Shown piece by piece: positions 1 to 9,381 of a stretch of 22,877 nucleotides of DNA; position 1 is the stretch's first letter; each line of letters opens with the position of its first letter. The DNA is taken from sequence record SRR31156797_2835; one strand, written 5' to 3'. Both the position numbers and the translations under genes were made by a program. Under the pieces are notes generated by a model, which saw only the letters and a list, made by a program, of their open reading frames with translations, was not told where the DNA came from and made no database searches.

Positions 1-243
1 ATTCCGCCTGATGAAGGTTACGGCACTCCCAATGAGGAACTGGTCTTCCAGGTCCGCAAGGAACAACTTCCCCCGAACGTCGAATTGGAAGAAGGCATCA
101 TGCTGGAAATCCGCACCGAGGATGATCACCCCGCATACGTGCGCGTCACCGCGTTCGACGAAGAAATGGTTACGCTTGACGGCAATCACCCCTTGGCGGG
201 AGAGACCCTGATTTTTGACATTGAACTCGTGGAAGTTGCGTAA
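1..243 (+). CDS. FKBP-type peptidyl-prolyl cis-trans isomerase (SlyD-like), 5'-truncated by window edge
   Basis: Frame 1 read by hand gives IPPDEGYG...VTLDGNHPLAGETLIFDIELVEVA*, with TAA at 241-243. The xPEEAYG-like and DxNHPLAG motifs are typical of SlyD/FkpB. There is no His-rich tail. Confidence 0.9.
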   Translation: MPPDEGYGTPNEELVFQVRKEQLPPNVELEEGIMLEIRTEDDHPAYVRVTAFDEEMVTLDGNHPLAGETLIFDIELVEVA

Positions 244-260
244 ATAACTTTACATTGATT

Positions 261-312
261 AAAACACCCCGCCTCTTGCTGAATTCGGCGAGGGCGGGGT
301 TTTCTTTTTTTT
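261..312 (+). terminator. Intrinsic terminator after the PPIase gene
   Basis: ACCCCGCC (266-273) pairs with GGCGGGGT (293-300), extended by an inner G-U-containing stem and followed by a T-rich run. Confidence 0.8.
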
Positions 313-330
313 AACAGGCGGACACATTAC

Positions 331-1506
331 ATGAGTATTTCAAAACGCTGTAGCGACCTGACCCCGTTTCTAGTCATGGAAATCCTTGAGGCTGCTCAGG
401 CCATGGAGCGTAACGGTGAATCCATCATCCACATGGAAGTCGGCGAGCCAGACTTCGATACACCGGACTGCGTCAAGCGCGCATCCTGCGAAGCTCTGGA
501 AAAAGGGCACACCCACTACACCCATTCATTAGGGCTCATCGAACTGCGCGAAGCGATCTGCGATGACTATCTCGACCGATACGATGTTGCGATTTCCTCG
601 GCGAACATCGCAATTACACAAGGCACCAGCCCTGCCATGCTCGCCCTGTTCTCAGCGATTCTCGAAGATGGCGATCAGGTCATCACCAGTGATCCGTGCT
701 ACGCCTGCTACGACAATTTCATCAGCTTTGCCGGAGCTGAATCTGTCAAAATCCCTGTGTGCGAAGACGACGCCTTCCAATACCGCGTATCCGCCATTCG
801 CGAAGCACTCAAGGCCAACAAAAAGATCAAGGCCATTCTTATTAATTCTCCGGCCAATCCAACTGGCACCCTGCTCTCCAAGGAACGTATGCAGGCGATT
901 GCCGAACTGGCTGAAGAATATAATCTCTGGATCATATCCGACGAAATTTACCACGGTCTGGTTTACGAAGGGAACGAACATTCCATTCTTGAATTCACTG
1001 ACCGAGCCTTTGTCCTGAACGGATTCTCCAAGCTCTACGCCATGACTGGCTGGCGGCTTGGCTATCTCATTTCCCCGCCCGAATTCATGCGCACCTTACA
1101 GACCGCGTGCCAGAATTTCTTTATCTCCGCCAACAGCATGGCGCAATGGGGCGGCGTGGCCGCACTCACGGAAGGTGCACTTGATGTGGAACGCATGAAA
1201 ACGACCTACAACAAACGCCGCCTGTACATTCTCGAACGCCTGACCGGCATGGGCTTTGACATCAAGCACCCACCGACCGGTGCATTTTACGTACTCGTGA
1301 ACATGCGGCACCTGGCCGCAAAATTCGACGGCAGTTCACTCAAACTGGCCTACGATATCCTGGAAAAAGCAAAGATAGGCGTCACGCCCGGAATCGATTT
1401 CGGTGAAGGTGCAGAAGGGTTCATTCGCTTCTCCTACGCAACCTCCATGGACAATATCAAAGAAGGTATGGACCGACTCGAACAGTACCTCAAAAACAAC
1501 AACTAA
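331..1506 (+). CDS. PLP-dependent aminotransferase class I/II (aspartate aminotransferase-like)
   Basis: 391 aa with GEPDF, NSPANPTG and SDEIY motifs and the PLP-lysine motif GFSKLYAMTGWRLG. Confidence 0.93.
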   Translation: MSISKRCSDLTPFLVMEILEAAQAMERNGESIIHMEVGEPDFDTPDCVKRASCEALEKGHTHYTHSLGLIELREAICDDYLDRYDVAISSANIAITQGTSPAMLALFSAILEDGDQVITSDPCYACYDNFISFAGAESVKIPVCEDDAFQYRVSAIREALKANKKIKAILINSPANPTGTLLSKERMQAIAELAEEYNLWIISDEIYHGLVYEGNEHSILEFTDRAFVLNGFSKLYAMTGWRLGYLISPPEFMRTLQTACQNFFISANSMAQWGGVAALTEGALDVERMKTTYNKRRLYILERLTGMGFDIKHPPTGAFYVLVNMRHLAAKFDGSSLKLAYDILEKAKIGVTPGIDFGEGAEGFIRFSYATSMDNIKEGMDRLEQYLKNNN

Positions 1507-1517
1507 AATTCTCCCTC

Positions 1518-1560
1518 AAAAAAAAGACCGAGGCCTGAACATCTGGCCTCGGTCTTTCTC
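1518..1560. terminator. Bidirectional intrinsic terminator between convergent genes
   Basis: Perfect 13-bp inverted repeat AAAGACCGAGGCC (1523-1535) / GGCCTCGGTCTTT (1545-1557), with an A-run on the left and T-rich sequence on the right. Confidence 0.85.
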
Positions 1561-1589
1561 GATACTCATAAAAAAGGAAAACACACGTT

Positions 1590-2204
1590 CTAAACGTGGA
1601 TATCCAGCCCCTTGTATGCCACACCGCCCGCGCCAAACATCATTCCACCGCCCGTAAAAAGTGACGTCGTGTTCATATTGGATGCATACCACCACGCCAT
1701 AGCCTCAGTCTGAAGCGTCTGATCCATGTCCTGTGGCGACAATCTGCTTTCTGCAACGCCTGCCAGTTTCCCGAACTGAAGAATCTCACCCAGCTCAGTC
1801 ACCCGTGCAGGGTTCGTACTGAAATACGCATTGATCATTTCCCGATCCGGATGATCTCCGGCCACAGTCACGCCACCCGCCGGATCATATGACAAACGAA
1901 ACGGTGCCGACACGTTCACACCAAGATCAGCCAGATCGTCACTCACGTCTCGGTTCCATCCACTTTGCAATGCATCATGATAATCCGACACGGCCTTGAA
2001 CGACACTCTATCATCACCAGCATCAGCAACCTTCGACAAAAGCGCACGAATATGATCCCGCACACCCCCTTGTGTATCGGTATCAATTTCCTGTCGTTTT
2101 TTTGACTGCTCAGGGCCAAGCGAAAAATCGGCCTCGCCCTGTGTGCGCTTCGGCCTTTTGTACGTGTATCCTTGTACAGTCTGTTCAATAGGTTGCGTCG
2201 ACAT
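1590..2204 (-). CDS. Hypothetical protein (204 aa)
   Basis: Long ORF with an AGGAGA Shine-Dalgarno-like sequence upstream, a sigma54-like promoter, and a terminator downstream. No family recognised. Confidence 0.75.
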   Translation of the reverse strand: MSTQPIEQTVQGYTYKRPKRTQGEADFSLGPEQSKKRQEIDTDTQGGVRDHIRALLSKVADAGDDRVSFKAVSDYHDALQSGWNRDVSDDLADLGVNVSAPFRLSYDPAGGVTVAGDHPDREMINAYFSTNPARVTELGEILQFGKLAGVAESRLSPQDMDQTLQTEAMAWWYASNMNTTSLFTGGGMMFGAGGVAYKGLDIHV

Positions 2205-2263
2205 AGGAGCCTTCTCTCCTCATAATGATCTATCTAAACCAAACAGCAAGCTATGTATTTTCA

Positions 2264-2279
2264 AGCACGAAATGTACCA
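2264..2279 (-). promoter_or_regulatory. Putative sigma54 (-24/-12) promoter for the 1590..2204 gene
   Basis: Minus strand reads TGGTAC-ATTTC-GTGCT, with exact GG-N10-GC spacing, about 60 nt upstream of the ATG. Confidence 0.5.
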
Positions 2280-2285
2280 GCCGCA

Positions 2286-2314
2286 TTGCACGGACCAGAA
2301 AACAAAGGTATACT
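2286..2314 (+). promoter_or_regulatory. Putative sigma70 promoter for the ComFB-family gene
   Basis: TTGCAC (2286-2291), 17-nt spacer, TATACT (2309-2314). A TAAGGA SD precedes ATG 2357. Confidence 0.6.
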
Positions 2315-2356
2315 CAAGGTTAATAGGTCAACAACAAACGCTTAAGGATTACGCAT

Positions 2357-2653
2357 ATGCAGCAGAAATCACTGATTATCAATGGTGTAGATGTCACTAA
2401 GATCATTAATCGAAATGAAAGCCGCGTGGCAGAACTTATTCCGGAACTGATTCAGGAATACTATCCCGATTTCATTTTCGAAGATCTCGATATTCAGGAT
2501 ATTTATGCGCTCACCCTGAATCTCATCCCCGCTGGCTACGCCCAGACTGGATCAATCGTTCTGTCCAACCGATTGTCGGATTTCGAAATAAATTCAAAAA
2601 TCCGCATCGCCATCGAACGAGTCCTCGACAACCCCACCCGCGTGGCAGACTAG
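2357..2653 (+). CDS. ComFB-family (late competence development) domain protein
   Basis: 98 aa. The N-x-x-E-x-x-V ... DIYALTLNLIPAGY ... AIERVLDNP pattern matches my recollection of the ComFB domain (D-x-x-ALALN-x-LP-x-x-Y ... V-x-x-x-P). Good SD and promoter. Confidence 0.75.
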   Translation: MQQKSLIINGVDVTKIINRNESRVAELIPELIQEYYPDFIFEDLDIQDIYALTLNLIPAGYAQTGSIVLSNRLSDFEINSKIRIAIERVLDNPTRVAD

Positions 2654-3024
2654 TCGAGAATGGACCTCCTGCAGCTGGGAGAAAGAAAGGGGAGGCTCTT
2701 TGGAAAAAGGCTTTCCTTCCTAAACTATTTGAATCTCCTTCGACGAAGAAAGGAAATAGAGGCACGATTTATGTACAATTATACAACACCATTTTTAACT
2801 CAAATTTAACACCTGACAAGGCCTCTGTCCCCACCACGCCGCGATCTTTTGCCCCTCAATTTCCGTCCACCTAGATGGACATCCCGTGGCACGACCTGCC
2901 GAGCACATTAACTATGAGCTAATGTGCCTATCGGATTCTCAAAACTCTCGGCCTTTGGCTGGTACAAAGTATTGGCCTGATCTCCACAAAAAGAACTGCC
3001 GGACAGGCTTCTTCAATATTAAAG

Positions 3025-4206
3025 CTATTTCACGCTGATGCTGAGAGGAAGAACGACATAAAAACGACTTCCTTCGCCCAGCACAGATTCCGCCAAAATC
3101 TCTCCATGATAATGTTCTACTATTTGCTTGCAAATCGGAAGCCCCAAGCCTGTTCCTAGTTGGGAAGAACTAAGAGTATTCCCTTTTTTCGCGACATAGT
3201 ATTTGTCAAATATTCGGACAAGATTTTCTGGAGTCATACCAACACCTTCATCACTGACGGCAATTTTCACATATTTATCATCCATTGAAGCGGTAATGAC
3301 AATTTCGCCTGTATCCGTAAATTTAATTGCGTTACTCAAAAGATTGACAAGAACTTGTGTAATCAAATCCCCATCCAAACACATTGAAGGAAGTGGCGCA
3401 TGTGGACCGATAATCATCGTCACGGAAGGCTTTTCAAGAATAAGACCCTCCACCGCCGTTACCGATGATTGAATCACATCTTCCAACGAGGTAGGTTCAT
3501 CGTTCCATGTAGCCTGACCCGATTCAATCTTGGCAAGATCAAGTACATTGTTAATCATTCGGGTCAGTCTGCTGCACTCGTATGAAATAATGGAAATATT
3601 CTTCCGAATCCGATTCTCTCTTTTAACAAAGGGTTCTGAAATAATATTTTCTGAACTGATCACATCAAAATCTTTTTCTATAAGCTTGGTAAAACCAAAA
3701 ATAGAGGTAAGTGGCGTTCGCAATTCATGAGATACTTGCGAGAGAAAATCAGACTTCAGTTGCTCCGCCTCCTGCGCCATTTCTTTTTGTTCAATTTCCG
3801 TCTTTAGATTATCGTTAAGTCTGATCAATTTCCCCTGATTCTTTTCAAGCTTTCTAGCATGTTCTCGCAATTCTTTATTGGAATTGCTCAATAGGTCAAA
3901 CGCCTTTCGCTGAATAACAATTCCAATATAGACAAAAACTGCACCAAAAAAGAAAACAAGAGCAATAAACAGATGATTTACGACATCGAAATGGCCAATA
4001 AAAATAAAGATAACGATTATATATGCAAAAAAGAAAAAGACCATAAAGGCCATATGGATTTTTACCAAGCTCGAGGTCCATTTTGAGAACCCTGCTATCG
4101 AATCGTGAACGGTGAGCATCAAACTCTTATGATAAATTATGCTTCGCAGCATCACCAGTGCACCTAAGAAAATCAAAATGCACGCCAGTATTGTGCTCCA
4201 CGCCAT
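3025..4206 (-). CDS. Membrane sensor histidine kinase (HisKA + HATPase_c)
   Basis: Three hydrophobic N-terminal helices and a coiled coil, H-box SHELRTPL, N-box NLLSNAIKF, G1 DEGVG and G2 GTGLGL. Confidence 0.93.
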   Translation of the reverse strand: MAWSTILACILIFLGALVMLRSIIYHKSLMLTVHDSIAGFSKWTSSLVKIHMAFMVFFFFAYIIVIFIFIGHFDVVNHLFIALVFFFGAVFVYIGIVIQRKAFDLLSNSNKELREHARKLEKNQGKLIRLNDNLKTEIEQKEMAQEAEQLKSDFLSQVSHELRTPLTSIFGFTKLIEKDFDVISSENIISEPFVKRENRIRKNISIISYECSRLTRMINNVLDLAKIESGQATWNDEPTSLEDVIQSSVTAVEGLILEKPSVTMIIGPHAPLPSMCLDGDLITQVLVNLLSNAIKFTDTGEIVITASMDDKYVKIAVSDEGVGMTPENLVRIFDKYYVAKKGNTLSSSQLGTGLGLPICKQIVEHYHGEILAESVLGEGSRFYVVLPLSISVK

Positions 4207-4396
4207 CCCTGCTCCTTTTCGCGCAAAAAATAGTAACGCTTTCTACTCCGAGTTTATAGGTTGCATCGTGATACATATTTGTCCAGTATAACATATATCA
4301 GATGATTGCCGAAACATTCAGCCATGTACCTCACTGCCATCCGTTCCTTCTGAATTCCCCCCAAATTGACTGGCAACATTGGCAAACCTCCACAAC

Positions 4397-4438
4397 AAAA
4401 AAACGCGGGATATCTTCCGTTTATAGAAGATATCCCGC
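4397..4438 (-). terminator. Intrinsic terminator of the RND operon
   Basis: Perfect 13-bp inverted repeat GCGGGATATCTTC (4405-4417) / GAAGATATCCCGC (4426-4438). The A-run at 4397-4403 is a U-tail on the minus strand. Confidence 0.85.
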
Positions 4439-4503
4439 AATATTTGTTACCAAAAGACAGCCCCCAGCAGTCCCCGAAGGAAACACCTGCCGAAAGCACG
4501 CTA

Positions 4504-7500
4504 TTATTCTGCGTTTATTTCACTCCCCGGCTTTTCCATACCGATAACGAACATGAGCAATGCGGGAATGACAAACACGGTAAAGACAGTGGACATAGCC
4601 AACCCGCCAAGCACAACCGCGCCAAGTCCTCGGTATAACTCAGAACCGGGACCAGGGGCCACGGCAAGCGGGAGCATACCGAAGATGGACGTTGTTGCAG
4701 ACATATAGATAGGCCGCAGGCGTGTGCGTGTGGCCTCAATAACCGCTTCCTTGTGCTCCATGCCATGCTCTCGAATATTACCAAGCGATTGGTGCACGAT
4801 GAGAATGGCATTATTGACAACAACGCCAATGAGAATAACGAATCCGAGCATCGTCAGGATGTCGAGAGCCTGCGGAGCAATGAAGATATTCTCCAATCGC
4901 AGACCAAGGAACCCGCCCGCACCGGCCAAGGGGACGGTGAAGAGAATGATAAGCGGATAAATGAAGTTTTCAAAGAGCGCAGACATCAACAGGTACGTGA
5001 TGATAATCGCGAGAATAAAGTTCCATTGCAAAGCATCACGAGTCACGGTGAGCTTGTCAGCCGCACCGGACAATTGAACGTGCACCCCTTCCATCATGCC
5101 GGTTTGCTCCACAGCAGGAATAAGCTTCTGCTGAATAATTTCCATAGCGGACTGCAAAGGCATATCGGTTGGAGGCGTGACCTGTAGCGTGATGGTCCGT
5201 TTGCGTTCAAGATGCCGAATCTGTGTTACACCATAGGTATTCTCGATAGATGCGAGGGAAGAAAGCGGCACAGCCCATCCTTTGGGAGTGGCAACCAATT
5301 CCGAATAAAGTTCTTCGGGCGTTGATATTTCATCCTTGGATGCTTTAAGCACCAAATCGATCTTCTTTTTACCTTCTTCTTTATAATCACCGATCTTACG
5401 ACCATCGAGGATAACATCCACGGCCTTACCCAAGTCGCTGGAAGTCAGGCCGGCGGCGCGTACCCGGTCACGATACGGATGAAATCGCACCTCAGGATAT
5501 AGCAATTCCAACGACGGAATAGGCCGCACCTGCGCACCTTGAATAGACTGCATAGTCATGCCAAACATAGTTCCAGCGGCACCCACAAGCTGTTGCAAAT
5601 TGTCGCCTGAGAAATCCACGTTGATAACACGGCCCTCACCAATGCCTTGCTCGAAAATGGAAGACTGAAGGGCTACGCCAAACATACCGGGTATGGAATT
5701 TAACACCCGCATAAAGAGCGGAATCAACCCGGCAGCGTTCTGTTCTTCGGTCGATACGGCACCAAAGAGGTTAATCGTAGGATGAGAGACAAAAAACATG
5801 CTCTCAATTCCAGGGACATCGCCGACACGTTTGTCGAAATACGGATCCACCTGATCGAAGACATACTGCCCGATGTCATAGCGTTCAGCATACGACAGGC
5901 CCGGCGGTGGGATCAAAATCGAGATCACAAAGTTACGGTTACCCTGCGGCAAATACTCCATCTTCGGAAACATGGTCCAGACAATAAGAACAGACACCAT
6001 GGTCAATCCGACAACGGTAACAACACGACTTTTCCAAGTATTAATCGCCATGCTCAAAAGCATGATGATAAAATCTGCGAATTTTCCACCCAAGTTGGTG
6101 AGAGGTGTAAGAACCCGCTTGGCAATAGACAAGCCAGCCGGTTTTCTCGGACTGTCACCTCGCTTGGCACTTTTTTTCTCAGCAATACGATAGAACTGAT
6201 TGGCAAGCATAGGGATAACCAACACTGACACAAAGAGCGACAAAGCAATGGCGCAGGTGACGGCAATGGCGATATCCTTAAAGAGCTGTCCGGCTTCCTG
6301 TTCCATAAATACAACAGGAAGGAACACGGCTACGGTGGTCAATGTCGAGGCAAGAACCGCGCCCCAAACCTCACTGGCCCCGTCATAAGCTGCCTTGAAA
6401 GCGGTTTTCCCCATTCGTCGATGTCGATCAACGTTTTCAAGAACAACAATCGCGTTGTCCACAAGCATACCAACGGCAAAAGAAATACCAGCCATGGATA
6501 CGATATTCAAACTACGTCCTGCCGCTGCAAACATGATGAATGCACCGACGATGGATACGGGAATTGACACAGCCACAATAATGGTCGAGCTGAAAGACTG
6601 AAGAAAGACAAACAGAACGATAATCGCCAAAATGGACCCGATAAGAATATTCCGTCTCACCAAATCAATGGCGCCCTCAATATACGGACGTTGGTCGTAC
6701 ACCCAATCAAGATATACTCCTTTTTCAGCCAGCACACCGTCGTTGAGTTCCTGAACCACTTCTTCCACCGCATTGGTCATAGCCAGAATATTGGTTCCCG
6801 GCTCGGGCTTGACGCCCACAGCGATGCCGGAAACACCTCGCTGCAACATAACGGTCACAGGCTTTTCATTCCCTTTGGAAACAGTTGCGACATCACCAAG
6901 CGTAACGCGAAACTGCCCGGAGGAAGAAATGACCACGGACTCGATATCTTCAATGGACTTGAACTCGGCTGGCGTACGAATACGATAATCGCGCCGCCCG
7001 ACACCAAGGGTACCTGCGGACACGGATACATTTTCACTTTGCAACACACTGATAAGCTCAGTGGCCGTCAGGTTGTAGGAAGCAAGTTTGGCAGGATCCA
7101 CGATGATGTGCATTTCATCCTCGCGCCCACCGCCCATAAACAGATCTGCCACACCGGGCACACGCTCGATGTACTGGCGAACCTCGTTCTCAAAGAAAGT
7201 CATATATGTTGTAACATCGTCAGTGTTATCCGGCAGCCCTTTGAGGAGCATCCAAATAACAGGTGATGTGGATGCACCCGTGGCCGAAATAATAGGCCGA
7301 TCCACATCGTCCGGGTAGTCCGGCACTTCGTCGAGCTTGTTGGACACACGCAAAAGAGCACGGTCAATCTCAGTGCCAATTTCAAATGTTAAAGTCAGTT
7401 CAGACAAAGAGTTATAGTTGGAACTCTCCATTTTGATAAGACCAGGAATACCCTTGAGTACCTTTTCCTGTTCTTCGACAACATCTCGCTCCATTTCATA

Positions 7501-7668
7501 AGGCGTGGCGCCAGTCCAACTGGTGGTCACGGTAATGACCGGCTCGGTCACGTTGGGCGATAATTGATAAGGCAACCCAAGCAGGGCCACCACACCAAAC
7601 ATGCTGACCATAATAACGCCCACAAGGACGGCAACGGGTTTTCGTATAGCGGTTCCGACAATATCCAC
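4504..7668 (-). CDS. RND efflux transporter permease subunit (AcrB/AcrD/AcrF family)
   Basis: 1054 aa with 12-TM RND layout, GMLVDNAIVVLEN (TM4), GVVVNNAIL (TM10) and RLRPIYMS motifs. Confidence 0.95.
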   Translation of the reverse strand: MDIVGTAIRKPVAVLVGVIMVSMFGVVALLGLPYQLSPNVTEPVITVTTSWTGATPYEMERDVVEEQEKVLKGIPGLIKMESSNYNSLSELTLTFEIGTEIDRALLRVSNKLDEVPDYPDDVDRPIISATGASTSPVIWMLLKGLPDNTDDVTTYMTFFENEVRQYIERVPGVADLFMGGGREDEMHIIVDPAKLASYNLTATELISVLQSENVSVSAGTLGVGRRDYRIRTPAEFKSIEDIESVVISSSGQFRVTLGDVATVSKGNEKPVTVMLQRGVSGIAVGVKPEPGTNILAMTNAVEEVVQELNDGVLAEKGVYLDWVYDQRPYIEGAIDLVRRNILIGSILAIIVLFVFLQSFSSTIIVAVSIPVSIVGAFIMFAAAGRSLNIVSMAGISFAVGMLVDNAIVVLENVDRHRRMGKTAFKAAYDGASEVWGAVLASTLTTVAVFLPVVFMEQEAGQLFKDIAIAVTCAIALSLFVSVLVIPMLANQFYRIAEKKSAKRGDSPRKPAGLSIAKRVLTPLTNLGGKFADFIIMLLSMAINTWKSRVVTVVGLTMVSVLIVWTMFPKMEYLPQGNRNFVISILIPPPGLSYAERYDIGQYVFDQVDPYFDKRVGDVPGIESMFFVSHPTINLFGAVSTEEQNAAGLIPLFMRVLNSIPGMFGVALQSSIFEQGIGEGRVINVDFSGDNLQQLVGAAGTMFGMTMQSIQGAQVRPIPSLELLYPEVRFHPYRDRVRAAGLTSSDLGKAVDVILDGRKIGDYKEEGKKKIDLVLKASKDEISTPEELYSELVATPKGWAVPLSSLASIENTYGVTQIRHLERKRTITLQVTPPTDMPLQSAMEIIQQKLIPAVEQTGMMEGVHVQLSGAADKLTVTRDALQWNFILAIIITYLLMSALFENFIYPLIILFTVPLAGAGGFLGLRLENIFIAPQALDILTMLGFVILIGVVVNNAILIVHQSLGNIREHGMEHKEAVIEATRTRLRPIYMSATTSIFGMLPLAVAPGPGSELYRGLGAVVLGGLAMSTVFTVFVIPALLMFVIGMEKPGSEINAE

Positions 7669-7677
7669 GGCGTCCCC

Positions 7678-8748
7678 CTACTGCTGTTGCATGGATTGTG
7701 CGGCCACAGGCTGCTGCGGCTGGAGCCGTTCATTGCCTTTGACGACCACGTCCATGCCCTCTTTAAGCGTCTTGGACTTCACTCCAGCACTCAGACCGCG
7801 ATACCCGACTACAAATACCGGCATGGGAACAGCCTTCCCGTCAATCACGCACCAAACAACCAGTTGACCGCGGGCGGAAATAATCGCGTCACGAGGCACG
7901 ATAAGCGTCTTGCCGCCAACGCCCTTAGGCAGACTGACACGAGCCTCCATGCCTTCGGCCAAAGAGCCATCATTCTTGACGCGAATCTTGACCGGGAATG
8001 TACGAGTGGTCACATCCCCTTTGGGAATGGCGGCAAACACTTCACCCGGCAATTCCTTGCCTGCAGTATGAATAGCAACTTTAAGACCGGGCTTGACCAC
8101 GCCAAACGCTTCACGCGGGGCATTGACCACAACGTCAAATTCGTCGTCACGGGCTATCAAGGTGACAACAGTCCCCTTGGAAACCCATTCACCACGAAAA
8201 ACCTTGCGTTCAAGCACGACACCTTCATACGGGGCACGAATGGTCTTCTTTTCCCGTTCGACATACAATCTATTAAGAATAGCCTGAGCAGCAATCATCT
8301 TTTTTTCAGCAGATAAAGCGGCCAATCGCTTGGAATCATATTCCCCTTCTGCAACCGTGGCACTTTTATACAGCTGTGTCGTCCGAGTATTTTCCCGTTT
8401 TGCCAGTTCATACTCAGCCTTGGACTGTTCCAAAAGGGCTCTGGCATTGGCAATGGTCCTGTTCAAAATATCCGAGGACAGGACCACAAGAGAATCGCCT
8501 TTTTTCACCCGCTGGCCTTCCTGAACTTTCAGGTCCACCAGTTTGCCGTCCACCTCAGCGGCGACATTGGAAATTTCAGTAAAATAAACCGTACCAATAA
8601 ATTCATTTTGTGGAGCCATGTCCCCAGTCGTCACCTTTCCGATAACAACGGGAGATGGAGGTCTTTCACCAGATTTCTGGGCAAGGGCCGGAGCGGCAAG
8701 CAACACCGCAAGGCTGAACACAACGAGAAGAGATAGTACTTTTTTCAT
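7678..8748 (-). CDS. RND efflux periplasmic adaptor (membrane fusion protein)
   Basis: Signal peptide MKKVLSLLVVFSLAVLLAAPALA, lipoyl-like halves (VQEGQRVKKGD, IRAPYEGVV) and TRTFPVK. The start is probably 8748 (alternative 8763) rather than the 8820 given in the ORF track. Confidence 0.92.
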   Translation of the reverse strand: MKKVLSLLVVFSLAVLLAAPALAQKSGERPPSPVVIGKVTTGDMAPQNEFIGTVYFTEISNVAAEVDGKLVDLKVQEGQRVKKGDSLVVLSSDILNRTIANARALLEQSKAEYELAKRENTRTTQLYKSATVAEGEYDSKRLAALSAEKKMIAAQAILNRLYVEREKKTIRAPYEGVVLERKVFRGEWVSKGTVVTLIARDDEFDVVVNAPREAFGVVKPGLKVAIHTAGKELPGEVFAAIPKGDVTTRTFPVKIRVKNDGSLAEGMEARVSLPKGVGGKTLIVPRDAIISARGQLVVWCVIDGKAVPMPVFVVGYRGLSAGVKSKTLKEGMDVVVKGNERLQPQQPVAAQSMQQQ

Positions 8749-8807
8749 AATAGGCTCGTTCATTTCCTTATGTTTTCCACAACTTGATATTAAAGTCGTG
8801 GTCATGC

Positions 8808-9287
8808 TCAACGACAACATTCTGCATTTCGAAAAATATTTTCTTCCCTATCAGGAGAAGTGATAATCTGCCACAAAACCTTCTGACATATGGCAAGTTC
8901 TGCAGGATCAATATCTTTTACAGTATTGACAAGAACTTCTAAAATCGGATCAAAAGATGCTTCCATCAAAGTTCGGCCAGCTTCCGTAATAAAAAGAAAT
9001 TTGACCCGCCGATCTTCCTTGCTGGACTCACGACGTAACAGGCCACGCTTCTCAAGAGCAGACACCAGCCGACTAACACCGGTCTTTTCCTGAGACATAA
9101 TTTCGCACAGCTGACCTTGAGTCAGCCCGTCATGCTTATAGGAAGGAATTAATGCGCGCCATTGCTCCACGGTGATGTCGAGGCCAGCCTCAAACAATTT
9201 CGCGGTCATATCATTAGTTAGGATTCTTGAGACCTTCCATGTAAGAAAGCCAAGAGAACCCCTAGGGTTCAATTCTTGTAAAGGCAT
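8808..9287 (-). CDS. MarR-family transcriptional regulator
   Basis: 159 aa with wHTH signature LTQGQL...VSRLVSALEKRGLLRR...EDRRVKFLFITEAG. First gene of the efflux operon. Confidence 0.93.
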   Translation of the reverse strand: MPLQELNPRGSLGFLTWKVSRILTNDMTAKLFEAGLDITVEQWRALIPSYKHDGLTQGQLCEIMSQEKTGVSRLVSALEKRGLLRRESSKEDRRVKFLFITEAGRTLMEASFDPILEVLVNTVKDIDPAELAICQKVLWQIITSPDREENIFRNAECCR

Positions 9288-9293
9288 CCGAAA

Positions 9294-9322
9294 GTTGTAA
9301 CTGCAACAAAATAACCGGTCAA
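9294..9322 (-). promoter_or_regulatory. Putative marR promoter with overlapping palindromic operator
   Basis: Minus strand TTGACC (9322-9317), 17 nt, TACAAC (9299-9294), then 6 nt to the ATG. The imperfect palindrome GTTGTAACTGCAAC (9294-9307) overlaps the -10. Confidence 0.45.
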
Positions 9323-9381
9323 CCCATTTTTGATACGGACACCTGTTGCAATAAAGATCGTATGGTTATACTGTTCCGGCC

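Noticed and set aside
11..211. 66-aa ORF in the track
   Set aside because: Off-frame shadow of the real PPIase frame (1..243).
2760..2774. sigma54-like AGGCAC-N5-ATGT
   Set aside because: The -12 GC is absent and no credible downstream + strand gene exists.
4254..4638. Short ORFs 4254..4499, 4302..4547 and 4366..4638
   Set aside because: They cross the RND terminator or overlap the RND 3' end, and lack an SD or recognisable motifs.
7564..8316. 250-aa + strand ORF and other long antisense ORFs inside the RND, UvrD and polA genes
   Set aside because: Antisense shadows of well-supported genes, with no protein-like motifs.
4504..9287. RND operon lacks an outer-membrane factor gene
   Set aside because: Common arrangement, since TolC-like channels are often encoded elsewhere.
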